Virus record (IMG/VR): IMGVR_UViG_2561511241_000010 | Reading direction: 5' to 3' (one strand) | Source of the DNA: a virus | Taxonomy: Duplodnaviria > Heunggongvirae > Uroviricota > Caudoviricetes | Length of the DNA: 37,472 bases | In this document: piece by piece, positions 8,784 through 17,072 of the stretch | Layout: each line of letters opens with the position of its first letter | Position numbering within the stretch: position 1 is the stretch's first letter | The notes under the pieces: model-generated | The model's database searches: none | What the model was told of the DNA's origin: nothing | What the model saw: the letters and a program-made list of their open reading frames with translations, nothing else | Translations under genes and position numbers: made by a program

Positions 8784-8810
8784 CCATAAAAAAAGCCACC
8801 CGAAGGTGGC
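8784..8810 (-). repeat. 27-nt hairpin plus T7 element, copy 2 (upstream of I)
   Basis: Exact copy of the 8129..8155 element; sits between the lipoprotein stop and the I start. Confidence 0.7.
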
Positions 8811-8829
8811 TTAGCTTATTTTTAACTTT

Positions 8830-9162
8830 TCAAAGGCATGATCTGGCAGCCGTAGCCCAGTGATCGTTCCATCCTTTTGCGACGGCGTAAACTTTAACAT
8901 CGCTTCCGCCTGCTTCTGATTTATCGATATTCACCACTGAAAGGGCGCCGAAAATATCGTCTGATGCTGTTATTTTGTAACCTGACTCAGTTGGTATGCT
9001 GGAGCTTGAAGATCGAAGCTCCACCCATTTAGGGGCCAGGCATCTGTTAACCTGATCTGCACTCTTTGAAGTGTGTTCAGAAAGAATAGGCTTTTGGGAT
9101 TCGAGGGAGTTTACAGAGCAGCCAGCCAAACCAATAACTAGCACCAAGAATAGCTTTTTCAT
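8830..9162 (-). CDS. Lipoprotein inserted between tail genes K and I
   Basis: Internal start MKKLFLVLVIGLAGC gives signal peptide plus lipobox; GGAG precedes ATG 9168/9162; the longer table ORF (to 9330) would overlap K and is rejected. Confidence 0.55.
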   Translation of the reverse strand: MKKLFLVLVIGLAGCSVNSLESQKPILSEHTSKSADQVNRCLAPKWVELRSSSSSIPTESGYKITASDDIFGALSVVNIDKSEAGGSDVKVYAVAKGWNDHWATAARSCL

Positions 9163-9191
9163 TTTCATGCTCCTTTGAAATTTCGTAAAGG

Positions 9192-9902
9192 TTAGCATAG
9201 AGATCTGTGACGTAGAATCTTCATCGTCCTTTCCTGCCAGTAGCCACCATACGGCACGCGCTGGCTCAGATGTCCATACAGGTGGTGCAGCAGCATATTT
9301 CCCTCCAGCAGAATTCCCGCGTGATTCCACTTATCGGCCTGGACCTGCATGATCACCATATCGCCGGGTTTCGGTGGTCCGTCGAATTCACGGAATCCGC
9401 ACTCATACCAGCAATCCTGATAGAAGTTGTCCGGATAGTCGTTTTCCCACCAGGGATAATCGACGCGGTAATCATGGAGTTCGATGCCATGCGTTTGCCG
9501 GAAATAGCTCATTACCAGCCCCCAGCAGTCGAAGTGTCCAAGCACAAACGGACGCTCCAGTAGCGGCAGTTCTCCGCGCGGCTGGATGGTGCGTAAATCA
9601 CCCTCCGGCCAGCTCACAATATGCCAGGGTAAAAGCGTTGCGTCGTATTGCGCTTTATCCAGTTCGCTAGGTTGCGTTGTGGCGTCAGGGTGACTGTGAA
9701 CGATGGCGATCACCGTTCCCCAGTCCTCAGCAGCTGCGTAGTCTTCTGGGCAAAGGACAAAATTGTCCTCCGGCGCCGCGGCAAGATTCCGGCACGGGAA
9801 ATAACGTTCAACGCGGCTTTTCTGCGCCACCACGCCGCAACACTCATGAGGAAATTCAGCTGCAGCATGCGCCATAATCGCATCGATGGTTTTCTGACGC
9901 AT
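9192..9902 (-). CDS. K: Tail assembly protein K (MPN/JAB plus NlpC/P60-like)
   Basis: 236 aa with the HSHP metal-binding motif and a cysteine-peptidase-like C-terminal region as in lambda gpK. Confidence 0.88.
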   Translation of the reverse strand: MRQKTIDAIMAHAAAEFPHECCGVVAQKSRVERYFPCRNLAAAPEDNFVLCPEDYAAAEDWGTVIAIVHSHPDATTQPSELDKAQYDATLLPWHIVSWPEGDLRTIQPRGELPLLERPFVLGHFDCWGLVMSYFRQTHGIELHDYRVDYPWWENDYPDNFYQDCWYECGFREFDGPPKPGDMVIMQVQADKWNHAGILLEGNMLLHHLYGHLSQRVPYGGYWQERTMKILRHRSLC

Positions 9903-9903
9903 A

Positions 9904-10662
9904 TCAACTCCTGATCAAAGACGTGCCCGGGAAGCCACCAAATGAGAGTTCGTTATTTTCGCCGAATCGGAGTTTGCAGGCCGTCAGCGTGCCGTTGCAT
10001 TCATCCAGCGACGGATCGCTTACCGGGTTGTTGTTTTTGTCGAAATAGCGGGTGCCGGCATAGTCGCAGCCGTCGCCTGTACGATATTTATTCCGGATGC
10101 ACCAGGTACACAGGGAATGAAGCTGTCGCGTCGGGATCATTTGCCCCTGCAGGTCCATCGGGCTGGACAGAGCAAATTCAACGGTTTCACCGGCAAGCTC
10201 GCCCGTTTTCCCGTCGATATACCACACCTGCAGCTTTTCCTGAGTCGGGTCTGCTGTGGGGTTGCCGTCTGCGAAATTTCTGGCATCGAGATATTTCTCT
10301 TTTGTGTCGTGAATAGTGACTTTCGCCTGCAGCAGATCGTCATACGCAAGACACAGGGCAGAAATGGAGCTTTCGATGTTCGCAACCGTCAGTGATGGCG
10401 TTGCATTGCTCCCACTGGTTGATTTCTCCAGACCTTCCAGTTGATATGGCCAGGCGGCATATTCATTTCCCTGCCACCAGATTGGTTTCGCCGGAAGCTT
10501 GGACTCATCCCCACCAGCGGCGATGATTTCCGCTTCTGTGTGGGGAATGCTGTAATTGTGAAAGCGGAGAACGTCCGTTAGCCCAAAGGAAGAACCGTCC
10601 ACCTCAATCAGGCGAACATCGTTTCCGGATTCCAGCTTCTGATAATCTGCGTTTAAGCTCAT
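9904..10662 (-). CDS. L: Minor tail protein L
   Basis: 252 aa resembling lambda gpL, including the conserved C-terminal cysteine cluster. Confidence 0.88.
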   Translation of the reverse strand: MSLNADYQKLESGNDVRLIEVDGSSFGLTDVLRFHNYSIPHTEAEIIAAGGDESKLPAKPIWWQGNEYAAWPYQLEGLEKSTSGSNATPSLTVANIESSISALCLAYDDLLQAKVTIHDTKEKYLDARNFADGNPTADPTQEKLQVWYIDGKTGELAGETVEFALSSPMDLQGQMIPTRQLHSLCTWCIRNKYRTGDGCDYAGTRYFDKNNNPVSDPSLDECNGTLTACKLRFGENNELSFGGFPGTSLIRS

Positions 10663-10997
10663 GGTTTAAATGCCTGGATGAATGTTGCTTCAAGGTTGAA
10701 TTTCCCCGCGCCCAGCCCGGTGGGTTTATACGTTTCGCAACGATATAAACCCAAAGGCTCGAGCGGCGGCTTCCACTGAAAGGCTTTCGTTCCTTCATGC
10801 CTGTCGAGAAAAGACTTAATGGCAGAAATGTAGGTTTCGTTGCCAGTGAAGTTAAGCGTCCACTGCTGAGTTCTAGTGTTCAATCCATCCCCTGAAACCT
10901 GCTCATATCCATCGCCAAACTGGGCTTTCCTGACGCGGAAACTTGTATCAGCCTCCGCGTTAATCCGTGGGCACCAGGTGAAAGTTTCAATGGCCAT
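10659..10997 (-). CDS. M: Minor tail protein M
   Basis: 112 aa; motif RKAQFGDGYEQ parallels lambda gpM RKVRFGDGYSQ. Confidence 0.85.
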   Translation of the reverse strand: MAIETFTWCPRINAEADTSFRVRKAQFGDGYEQVSGDGLNTRTQQWTLNFTGNETYISAIKSFLDRHEGTKAFQWKPPLEPLGLYRCETYKPTGLGAGKFNLEATFIQAFKP

Positions 10998-10999
10998 AA

Positions 11000-13900
11000 T
11001 TATCGGGTTCCTTTCATTGCGTTCCAGATGTCGCCGCCGGGACGAATGTCACGCATCACATTCTGCTTATAACGTCGATCAACAAATTCCCCGACCTCGG
11101 CACCAAATTGCTCAAGGCCTGGAGAGGCCTGAGTTTGAGTGTTGCCGTTGCCATCGATGGTGATATAAACCTGTGGCGCCGAAGATACAGACTGACCGCC
11201 GCCACCTCCGACCGCACGAACGCCGAGAGAACCATCCGGCGCGCGGGTAAGCGGCATGATCGCCTCAGGCCCAGCCTCGCCCATGATTCCGGCACCGCCT
11301 TTTGCGAAAGCGAACATGGTGGGGTTTCTGACGATCCCATTACTGAAAGCGCTCAGAGAGGGGGAGTCATAAACGCCGCCTTTGGCGTTAAACTGGAAGT
11401 TCGATCCGTAACTGGAAACCGCCGTACCGGTGCTGGCTGATGCTCCCGCACCGCCCCCGAAGAAGCTGCCTACACTGCCGATGAGAGAGCCAAAGATGCC
11501 AGAACCGGAAGAGGCCCCACCCATCGCGCTAACCACCGCCATCTGCAGAGCCACTTTTTCGATAATCTGCAGGACAGAAATACCCCACGATTTCCAGCTA
11601 ACCTTATTGCCTTCTAGCATTGAGGTGACGTTACCAAACGCGCTGTCGAGTGTGGTTTTCACCCCATCAGAAACCGTGCCGGATACGTTACTGATTTCAT
11701 CAAACCAGTTTGCATAGCCGCGTGATACTCCGGACATCCAATCCGCTTCAGCTGCTGCAATAGCCTTGTATTTCTTATCCAGAGCATCGAGGGCTGCGGC
11801 GCGCTGCGCGATGGCCTCGGTCCCGCCGTCCGTTTTAGCAAAAACACGGTCGATCTGTTGCGTCTCGTCGAACCGGCTGCGCTGGCGATCGCTCATGCCT
11901 GCAGTTTCGGTTGTCAGCGTCGCCTCATCCCTGAACTTTCTGGCCGCTTCAGTTAAATCCTTCAGGGCATCAGCTTGTTCGCGCTGCTTGCGCACGTTCT
12001 CGTCGGCTTTTTGCGTCCATTTTGCCAGCTCTGCTGATGATGCCTGGATCGCCCTGCGCTGCTCGTCGGTCCATTTAGTGCCTGCCTGGTGCGATGCAGC
12101 GTAAAGCTCCGAGGCTTTTTCGCCTTCCGTGGCCCGAACGCGTTGCACGTCAATAGCCACGCTCAGATCGGCCATTTTCCGGGAATACTGTTCGGCGGTG
12201 CTGGCCGCTTCGCGCTCGGCTTTACTCTGCGCATTTGAGGCAGCAGTGGAGGTTTTTTTTGCTTCTGCAGCTGCTGCATCCTTTTTGGCTGCCTGATCCT
12301 TGTTGTAGATGTACTGTGTATAAAGCGCCCCCGTCAGCTTCAGGTCTTCTGCTTCGTAGACGTGCTGCTGATGGAGTTTCTCTAATCCGCTTAAGCTGGC
12401 CAGCTCATTATCGCGACGCGAGCGCTCCAGTGCAGTTTGCTGTTGAGGCGTTGCGTTCGCCAGAGAGACAACTGGCCCGGCATACTGCGGCGGCTTCGCG
12501 CCAGCGGTCGCAGACATTGAGCGGTTAAGCAGGTCATACGCACCTTTCAAGATAGAGACTGCGCCAGCCTGTTCGATAGCCTTTTGCGTGGCCAGATCGC
12601 TGGCATTGTTTACCAGTTTCTGCGTTTGCTCGACTTTTGAGGCTGCCTGTTCGCGCTGGTACTCCAGCTGGTTCAGCTTATCGGTCAGCTCGATGTTTTT
12701 GGCCATGATGTCGGCCTGGCCCATGAAAGTGTTAATCAGGGTCAGCGTCGGATGGCGGTTGTAGTCCTGCTGGATTTGGTCAACCGCCTTAAGGCTGTCT
12801 TTCACCTTCGCGATCTGAGAGTCGAGGTCGGCCAGGTCCTGTTTTTGCGCCTGTAAAGATGTACGGGCATCGGCCGCGGTCGAACGCAGGCCAAGCACCG
12901 ACATCTGCTGGAGCTTGGTGTTGATCTCGTCGAGGTTGTTGGCAAAACCTACCGCCTCACGGTGCACCTGCTGGGTATGCTGATACAGGCCATACATCGC
13001 AGCGCCGGCACCGATAATCACTCCAGGCCAGCCCCCGAGAATACCAAGAACGCCACTACCCAGGCGGGACATCACTGAGGCTGTATTGGTGAGGTTATTA
13101 ACGGCCGAAGTCCTGCCAGCAAGCGCCGTATTCAGTGATGCCTGAGCAGCAGCAAGATTACGCTCAGCGACAATCTGAGCCTCAATACTCGTCGCCGCTG
13201 CACGCGCCTGTTGAGCGCGGTAAACAGCCTGGCGACCAGCAGCAACGCTAACCTGAGCTCCACGGACCTGAGCCTGCGCCAGCGCGACCTCGGCGGCCGT
13301 ATTAGCGAGAACTGCCCGGGTTGACTGAGCAACGCTGCCGACCATGTTGCCAAAATAACGAGCGAGGCCAACACCAACCAGAATACCGGCTGTATTTGCC
13401 ACATCATCGATGTTATTCGCCAGGCCATCCAGCACGCCGGAAAGCGTTGATGATGCGCCGACCGCATCGTTCGCCCCGCCAACCCATGCAAGGAAGGCGT
13501 TTTGCACTTTCTGTGCAGATCCGCTGATGGATGCAGGAAGGGTGTCGAATTCTTTACGCAGGATCTCGACATTGGTCAGCAGCGGGACGATCTTGTTTGT
13601 CGTCAGTTCGCCGTTGTTGGCCATATTTCGCAGGCCACCAACAGTGGTACCCAGCCCATCAGCCAGCAGTTTCGCCAGGCGGCCGCCGTTCTCCATGATG
13701 GAGTTAAATTCTTCGCCTCGCAAAACGCCTGAGCCAAGCGCCTGGCTAAGCTGGGTGATAACAGAGCTCGCCTCTTCGGTACTGGCGCCAGACAGCTTCA
13801 GTGAGGTTGCTACGGTTTCCGTAACTTTTGCGACGTCAGCAGAAGCGTAACCGGCATCACGCAGGGACTGTGCAATTCTGCTGTACAGATTGCTGTTTGC

Positions 13901-14281
13901 CTCGAGGGATGTTCCGGTGCGCTGGCTAATTTCCATCAGCACGCGCTGGGATTGCACGTAATCCTCACTGGAAGAGGACGCAAGGCGAAGACGCCCATTC
14001 AACTGGTTCCACGTGTCGGCAAACTGAATCAGCTGATGTGTGGCAAATGCACCAGCCCAAGCACCGGCAAGCCCGGCAGCAGAAGATCGCACGGTTGCAA
14101 GCTGAGAATTCAGGTCAGCCAAAGACCGCTGAGTTTCACGCGTGGCCGCTGCAGCTTTTTTCCCGCCCTGTTCCATAGTGCGGTAGTAATCGGTTCCCAT
14201 ACGGGACGCTCTGGCGATCTCTGACTGGAAAGAAGAAGAGTTCGCCGAAATTTTGATGATTAGCTCGCGCAGCGTTGCCAT
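11000..14281 (-). CDS. Tail tape measure protein
   Basis: 1093 aa, Ala/Gln-rich coiled-coil character with Gly-rich C-terminal part; lies between G/T and M. Confidence 0.9.
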   Translation of the reverse strand: MATLRELIIKISANSSSFQSEIARASRMGTDYYRTMEQGGKKAAAATRETQRSLADLNSQLATVRSSAAGLAGAWAGAFATHQLIQFADTWNQLNGRLRLASSSSEDYVQSQRVLMEISQRTGTSLEANSNLYSRIAQSLRDAGYASADVAKVTETVATSLKLSGASTEEASSVITQLSQALGSGVLRGEEFNSIMENGGRLAKLLADGLGTTVGGLRNMANNGELTTNKIVPLLTNVEILRKEFDTLPASISGSAQKVQNAFLAWVGGANDAVGASSTLSGVLDGLANNIDDVANTAGILVGVGLARYFGNMVGSVAQSTRAVLANTAAEVALAQAQVRGAQVSVAAGRQAVYRAQQARAAATSIEAQIVAERNLAAAQASLNTALAGRTSAVNNLTNTASVMSRLGSGVLGILGGWPGVIIGAGAAMYGLYQHTQQVHREAVGFANNLDEINTKLQQMSVLGLRSTAADARTSLQAQKQDLADLDSQIAKVKDSLKAVDQIQQDYNRHPTLTLINTFMGQADIMAKNIELTDKLNQLEYQREQAASKVEQTQKLVNNASDLATQKAIEQAGAVSILKGAYDLLNRSMSATAGAKPPQYAGPVVSLANATPQQQTALERSRRDNELASLSGLEKLHQQHVYEAEDLKLTGALYTQYIYNKDQAAKKDAAAAEAKKTSTAASNAQSKAEREAASTAEQYSRKMADLSVAIDVQRVRATEGEKASELYAASHQAGTKWTDEQRRAIQASSAELAKWTQKADENVRKQREQADALKDLTEAARKFRDEATLTTETAGMSDRQRSRFDETQQIDRVFAKTDGGTEAIAQRAAALDALDKKYKAIAAAEADWMSGVSRGYANWFDEISNVSGTVSDGVKTTLDSAFGNVTSMLEGNKVSWKSWGISVLQIIEKVALQMAVVSAMGGASSGSGIFGSLIGSVGSFFGGGAGASASTGTAVSSYGSNFQFNAKGGVYDSPSLSAFSNGIVRNPTMFAFAKGGAGIMGEAGPEAIMPLTRAPDGSLGVRAVGGGGGQSVSSAPQVYITIDGNGNTQTQASPGLEQFGAEVGEFVDRRYKQNVMRDIRPGGDIWNAMKGTR

Positions 14282-14298
14282 ATTTCACCCATAAAAAA

Positions 14299-14314
14299 GC
14301 CCGCAGCCGCGGGC
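14299..14314 (-). terminator. Intercistronic hairpin plus T-run between T and tape measure
   Basis: GCCCGC-GGCT-GCGGGC followed by TTTTTTAT on the minus strand. Confidence 0.4.
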
Positions 14315-14315
14315 A

Positions 14316-14579
14316 TCAAAGACTGGACATCCATTCTTCAAGTTCAGAGACTTCAGCGCCTTCTTCCTGCTCACCCCATTTCAGCATCACGTCAGGAATG
14401 GTGAATTTCCCGCCCTGAGAGTTCAGCATTGCAACGGAGATCTGCGCCGCCTGAGCATCGGCGCGCCAGTCACCAATCGGACTGATGCGGTCGAACTCGA
14501 TCCACATTTTGAGCTCGCTGGCGGTCATGGTCTGGCGCAGTTCGTGGAGAGTACGCCCCAACCGGAGCGCCAGCGACAT
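14316..14579 (-). CDS. Tail assembly chaperone T segment, expressed as a G-T fusion by -1 frameshift
   Basis: Frame is open from the slippery site at the end of G through this ORF; the frameshifted read GKAVKQPLTFFLMSLAL joins the MSLALRLG ORF. Confidence 0.7.
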   Translation of the reverse strand: MSLALRLGRTLHELRQTMTASELKMWIEFDRISPIGDWRADAQAAQISVAMLNSQGGKFTIPDVMLKWGEQEEGAEVSELEEWMSSL

Positions 14580-14602
14580 CAGGAAGAAGGTCAGCGGCTG
14601 CT

Positions 14603-15004
14603 TTACGGCTTTCCCGCTTCTTCCTGGCTCATGCCGAGATTGAGGGCCTGAGCCAGCAGGCGGGAGTGCACAGGACCATAAATTTTAGATACCTGCTCCT
14701 GATCCTCATCGCTGAATACTCGCTCGCCGTTTTCATCCAGCAGAACGTCAATAAACAGAACCACATCAGCCTCTTTGTTACGCAGAAACTTTTCCGCCTC
14801 CGTCAGCGTCGGTGCCTCTTCGCCCTCGGCGAGCTGGGGATTAACGATCTCCCGGAATTTCACCCAGGCATCGCCAGAGGGTTCACGCAGCGTTACCTTT
14901 GCGCCATCCCATTCAGGGACCGTGATACCTTCTTTGGTGCGATAGGCTTTCGATGCTGTAAGCGCCACGTTGCGTAATGAATTCTGTGATGTTTTTTGCG
15001 GCAT
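14603..15004 (-). CDS. Tail assembly chaperone G
   Basis: 133 aa, acidic, immediately upstream of the tape measure; ends ...EEAGKP with the slippery heptamer in its last codons. Confidence 0.8.
   Translation of the reverse strand: MPQKTSQNSLRNVALTASKAYRTKEGITVPEWDGAKVTLREPSGDAWVKFREIVNPQLAEGEEAPTLTEAEKFLRNKEADVVLFIDVLLDENGERVFSDEDQEQVSKIYGPVHSRLLAQALNLGMSQEEAGKP
14609..14615 (-). other. Programmed -1 ribosomal frameshift slippery heptamer G_GGA_AAG
   Basis: GGGAAAG, identical to the lambda G/GT slip site, positioned two codons before the G stop. Confidence 0.7.
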
Positions 15005-15034
15005 TTCATTTTTCTCTTGTTACATGATCGAAGG

Positions 15035-15057
15035 GATAAAAAAAGCGGCCGAAGCCG
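15035..15057 (-). terminator. Hairpin plus T-run downstream of the major tail protein gene
   Basis: GCGGC-TTCG-GCCGC followed by TTTTTTTAT on the minus strand. Confidence 0.5.
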
Positions 15058-15058
15058 C

Positions 15059-15529
15059 TCAGGAACCAGACGCGTAGATGCGTTTAGGTTTGCCGCGTAC
15101 ACGCAGAGAATAGGTAGCGCCAACAACGGAAGAGGTTGCAGCAGACCATGAGCTCTGGCGTACCTCCACCAGCACGTAGAAACCGTTACCAGACGGGAAT
15201 ACCACGCGCAGCGCGCGCAGTTCGTCATTTTCGTAAGCGGTCTGCAGTGCCTCCTGTGCTGCTTCATCGCCAACCCAGTTACGGGTAATGCTCATTTCAG
15301 CAGGCGCGGCGAGGCCGTTGGTTTGCTCCTGTTCAGTTGAGCACAGCGTGGTTACGTCGATATCCCCTTTTTGACCGCCTGTGAAGGTGATCTCCTTTGT
15401 TGCACAGGCCGCTTCCAGCCAGGTAACACCAGCCCCCGGGAAACCTGAGGCGTTAAAATCCTCGGCGGTTACGGGTGCGTCGGAGACGGCAAAGGTCATC
15501 CCCTTTGTGACTTCATACTTACTGGTCAT
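15059..15529 (-). CDS. Major tail (tube) protein
   Basis: 156 aa in the position between head-tail joining genes and the G/T chaperones. Confidence 0.65.
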   Translation of the reverse strand: MTSKYEVTKGMTFAVSDAPVTAEDFNASGFPGAGVTWLEAACATKEITFTGGQKGDIDVTTLCSTEQEQTNGLAAPAEMSITRNWVGDEAAQEALQTAYENDELRALRVVFPSGNGFYVLVEVRQSSWSAATSSVVGATYSLRVRGKPKRIYASGS

Positions 15530-15583
15530 GGTTTCTCCAGTTAAAAAAAAGGCCGCCGGAGCGGTCTGTTATGGTGGGTAAAG

Positions 15584-15931
15584 TTAAACGGTTACCTGAA
15601 ATTCGAGCGTTGCCCGGTGATAGCGCAGATCAGGCTCATAGCCCGGCGTTTTCACAATGTTTTCCGGCTTCAGCACCTGCAGTGCATCAAGCGCCATATT
15701 CCTGATCGTGCGCGCTTCAGTGATGGTGCTGGAATAAACATCAACCTGCACAGAAACGGCTGATTCTGCCTGACCGCAGAGAACGTCAGCGGCCACGTCG
15801 GTAATAATCGAGAAAATTACCCAGGGCGGCGAGACTGAAGGCTTTCCGTCACTGCCGAGCGGCGCAACGTAGGGATAAACCTGCCCTCCGGCCAGCGGCG
15901 CCAGCAGAGGATAGAGATCGTCTTCCGTCAT
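15584..15931 (-). CDS. Tail completion / terminator-like protein
   Basis: 115 aa in the head-tail joining block; assignment is by position. Confidence 0.5.
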   Translation of the reverse strand: MTEDDLYPLLAPLAGGQVYPYVAPLGSDGKPSVSPPWVIFSIITDVAADVLCGQAESAVSVQVDVYSSTITEARTIRNMALDALQVLKPENIVKTPGYEPDLRYHRATLEFQVTV

Positions 15932-16377
15932 TTGCTCAATGCCTCGTCAATGGCCTGGTTCATGCGCCTGATCGCAACCTCCGTCGCCTGCTCCTGGCGA
16001 ACATCGAACGCGGGACGAATGAAAGGGTGTGGTGGCATGTTAACGGTTCCCATTTCAACGAATCGCCAGTAAAAGGCGTTTCTCGGGTTATTCGCCTTCA
16101 TCGTGTTATCGCTATTGCCGGTGCGCGGGTTAACGCCACGAATATGGACGCCGGAAGAAATTTCCCCGCGGCGTCGGCTTTTTTGGGTCACCACCACCAC
16201 GTTTTTTTTCAGTTTCCCGGTGCGCACTGGTGCGCGTGCGATCACCTCTTCCTTAAGCACTTCGGCACCGGCGCGCGTAGCATCACGCAGAACCTTGTTG
16301 TTTTCAGCACGGCTAAGCGCCTCCAGATCCTTTGCGATGTCATTCAATCCGGAAAAATCTAGGCTCGTCCCAATCAT
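15928..16377 (-). CDS. HK97 gp10-like head-tail joining protein
   Basis: 149 aa; position and overlap-coupling (15928..15931). Confidence 0.6.
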   Translation of the reverse strand: MIGTSLDFSGLNDIAKDLEALSRAENNKVLRDATRAGAEVLKEEVIARAPVRTGKLKKNVVVVTQKSRRRGEISSGVHIRGVNPRTGNSDNTMKANNPRNAFYWRFVEMGTVNMPPHPFIRPAFDVRQEQATEVAIRRMNQAIDEALSK

Positions 16378-16712
16378 TTTTCAGCTCCCGTTTTGCAAAG
16401 GATTTCCAGGCGAGTGCCGGTCGCATTTGCTACAGGAGGACCGATGATATTTAGCACCTGACCTTTATACGGGCCGCTGAGCACTTCCAGACGAGAAGAG
16501 GCGTTCAGCTCAGCCCTGAAGCGCATCCAGACGCGAATGGTTGCCTGCGCAGTTTCCGCGCCGCCTGACATCTGCTCTCTGCCGCTGATCCCCTTTACCT
16601 CAGCCGGGACCGGGTTGCCACCTGTCCACGATTCAACCGGCTGACCAGATGGATCGCGCGAAGTCGTGAAGGTGAGAATTTTTACCCGGTGCCTGAAACG
16701 TCCAGGTTCCAT
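16374..16712 (-). CDS. Head closure / head-tail adaptor protein
   Basis: 112 aa; position in the HK97-like joining module. Confidence 0.6.
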   Translation of the reverse strand: MEPGRFRHRVKILTFTTSRDPSGQPVESWTGGNPVPAEVKGISGREQMSGGAETAQATIRVWMRFRAELNASSRLEVLSGPYKGQVLNIIGPPVANATGTRLEILCKTGAEK

Positions 16713-17038
16713 CAGGAGCCCTCCTCAGGTTCAGATTTACCGCGCCAGTTGCGATGGATGAACATCATCCGTTCTGCGGCGGCGTTCTCATAAAGCTGTA
16801 CTTCGCTCTGCGCGGTCCTGTGCTCGAACATGTCCGCAAACACCAGCAGTACGGCGCCCTTCACTGCTGCAGGAATGTCAGTTGCCGCTTTCCATGTCGG
16901 TTCATCACACCACCGGTAGCAGTAGTCAAAGGCTGCCTGTGCGTACAGCGTGATCAGCTCGTCCCTGTCATCCTCCTCAAACTCAATCTGCTGTTTGAAA
17001 AGGGGGAGGCTAATTACATCCAAAACATCTATCGCCAT
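16712..17038 (-). CDS. Head-tail connector (gp6-like) protein
   Basis: 108-aa acidic protein directly downstream of the major capsid gene. Confidence 0.6.
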   Translation of the reverse strand: MAIDVLDVISLPLFKQQIEFEEDDRDELITLYAQAAFDYCYRWCDEPTWKAATDIPAAVKGAVLLVFADMFEHRTAQSEVQLYENAAAERMMFIHRNWRGKSEPEEGS

Positions 17039-17040
17039 AC

Positions 17041-17065
17041 GTTAAAAGGGCGGGTTACCCCGCCC
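17041..17065 (-). terminator. Hairpin downstream of the major capsid gene
   Basis: GGGCGGG-GTAAC-CCGCCC followed by TTTT on the minus strand. Confidence 0.45.
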
Positions 17066-17072
17066 TCCTCCA

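Noticed and set aside
8830-9330. Full-length 166-aa version of the lipoprotein ORF
   Set aside because: The first 54 codons would overlap the 3' end of gene K; a GGAG-preceded internal start gives a clean signal peptide, so the shorter form is preferred.
11056-13850. Multiple 60 to 146-aa ORFs on both strands inside the tape measure gene
   Set aside because: All are embedded in the 1093-aa tape measure reading frame or its antisense; typical spurious frames in GC-rich repetitive coding sequence.
14279-14290. Alternative start codons in the ATGG that follows each hairpin T-run
   Set aside because: Translating from these ATGs upstream of J and the tape measure gives ORFs of only about ten codons in the wrong frame; only for the protease does this ATG coincide with the real start.
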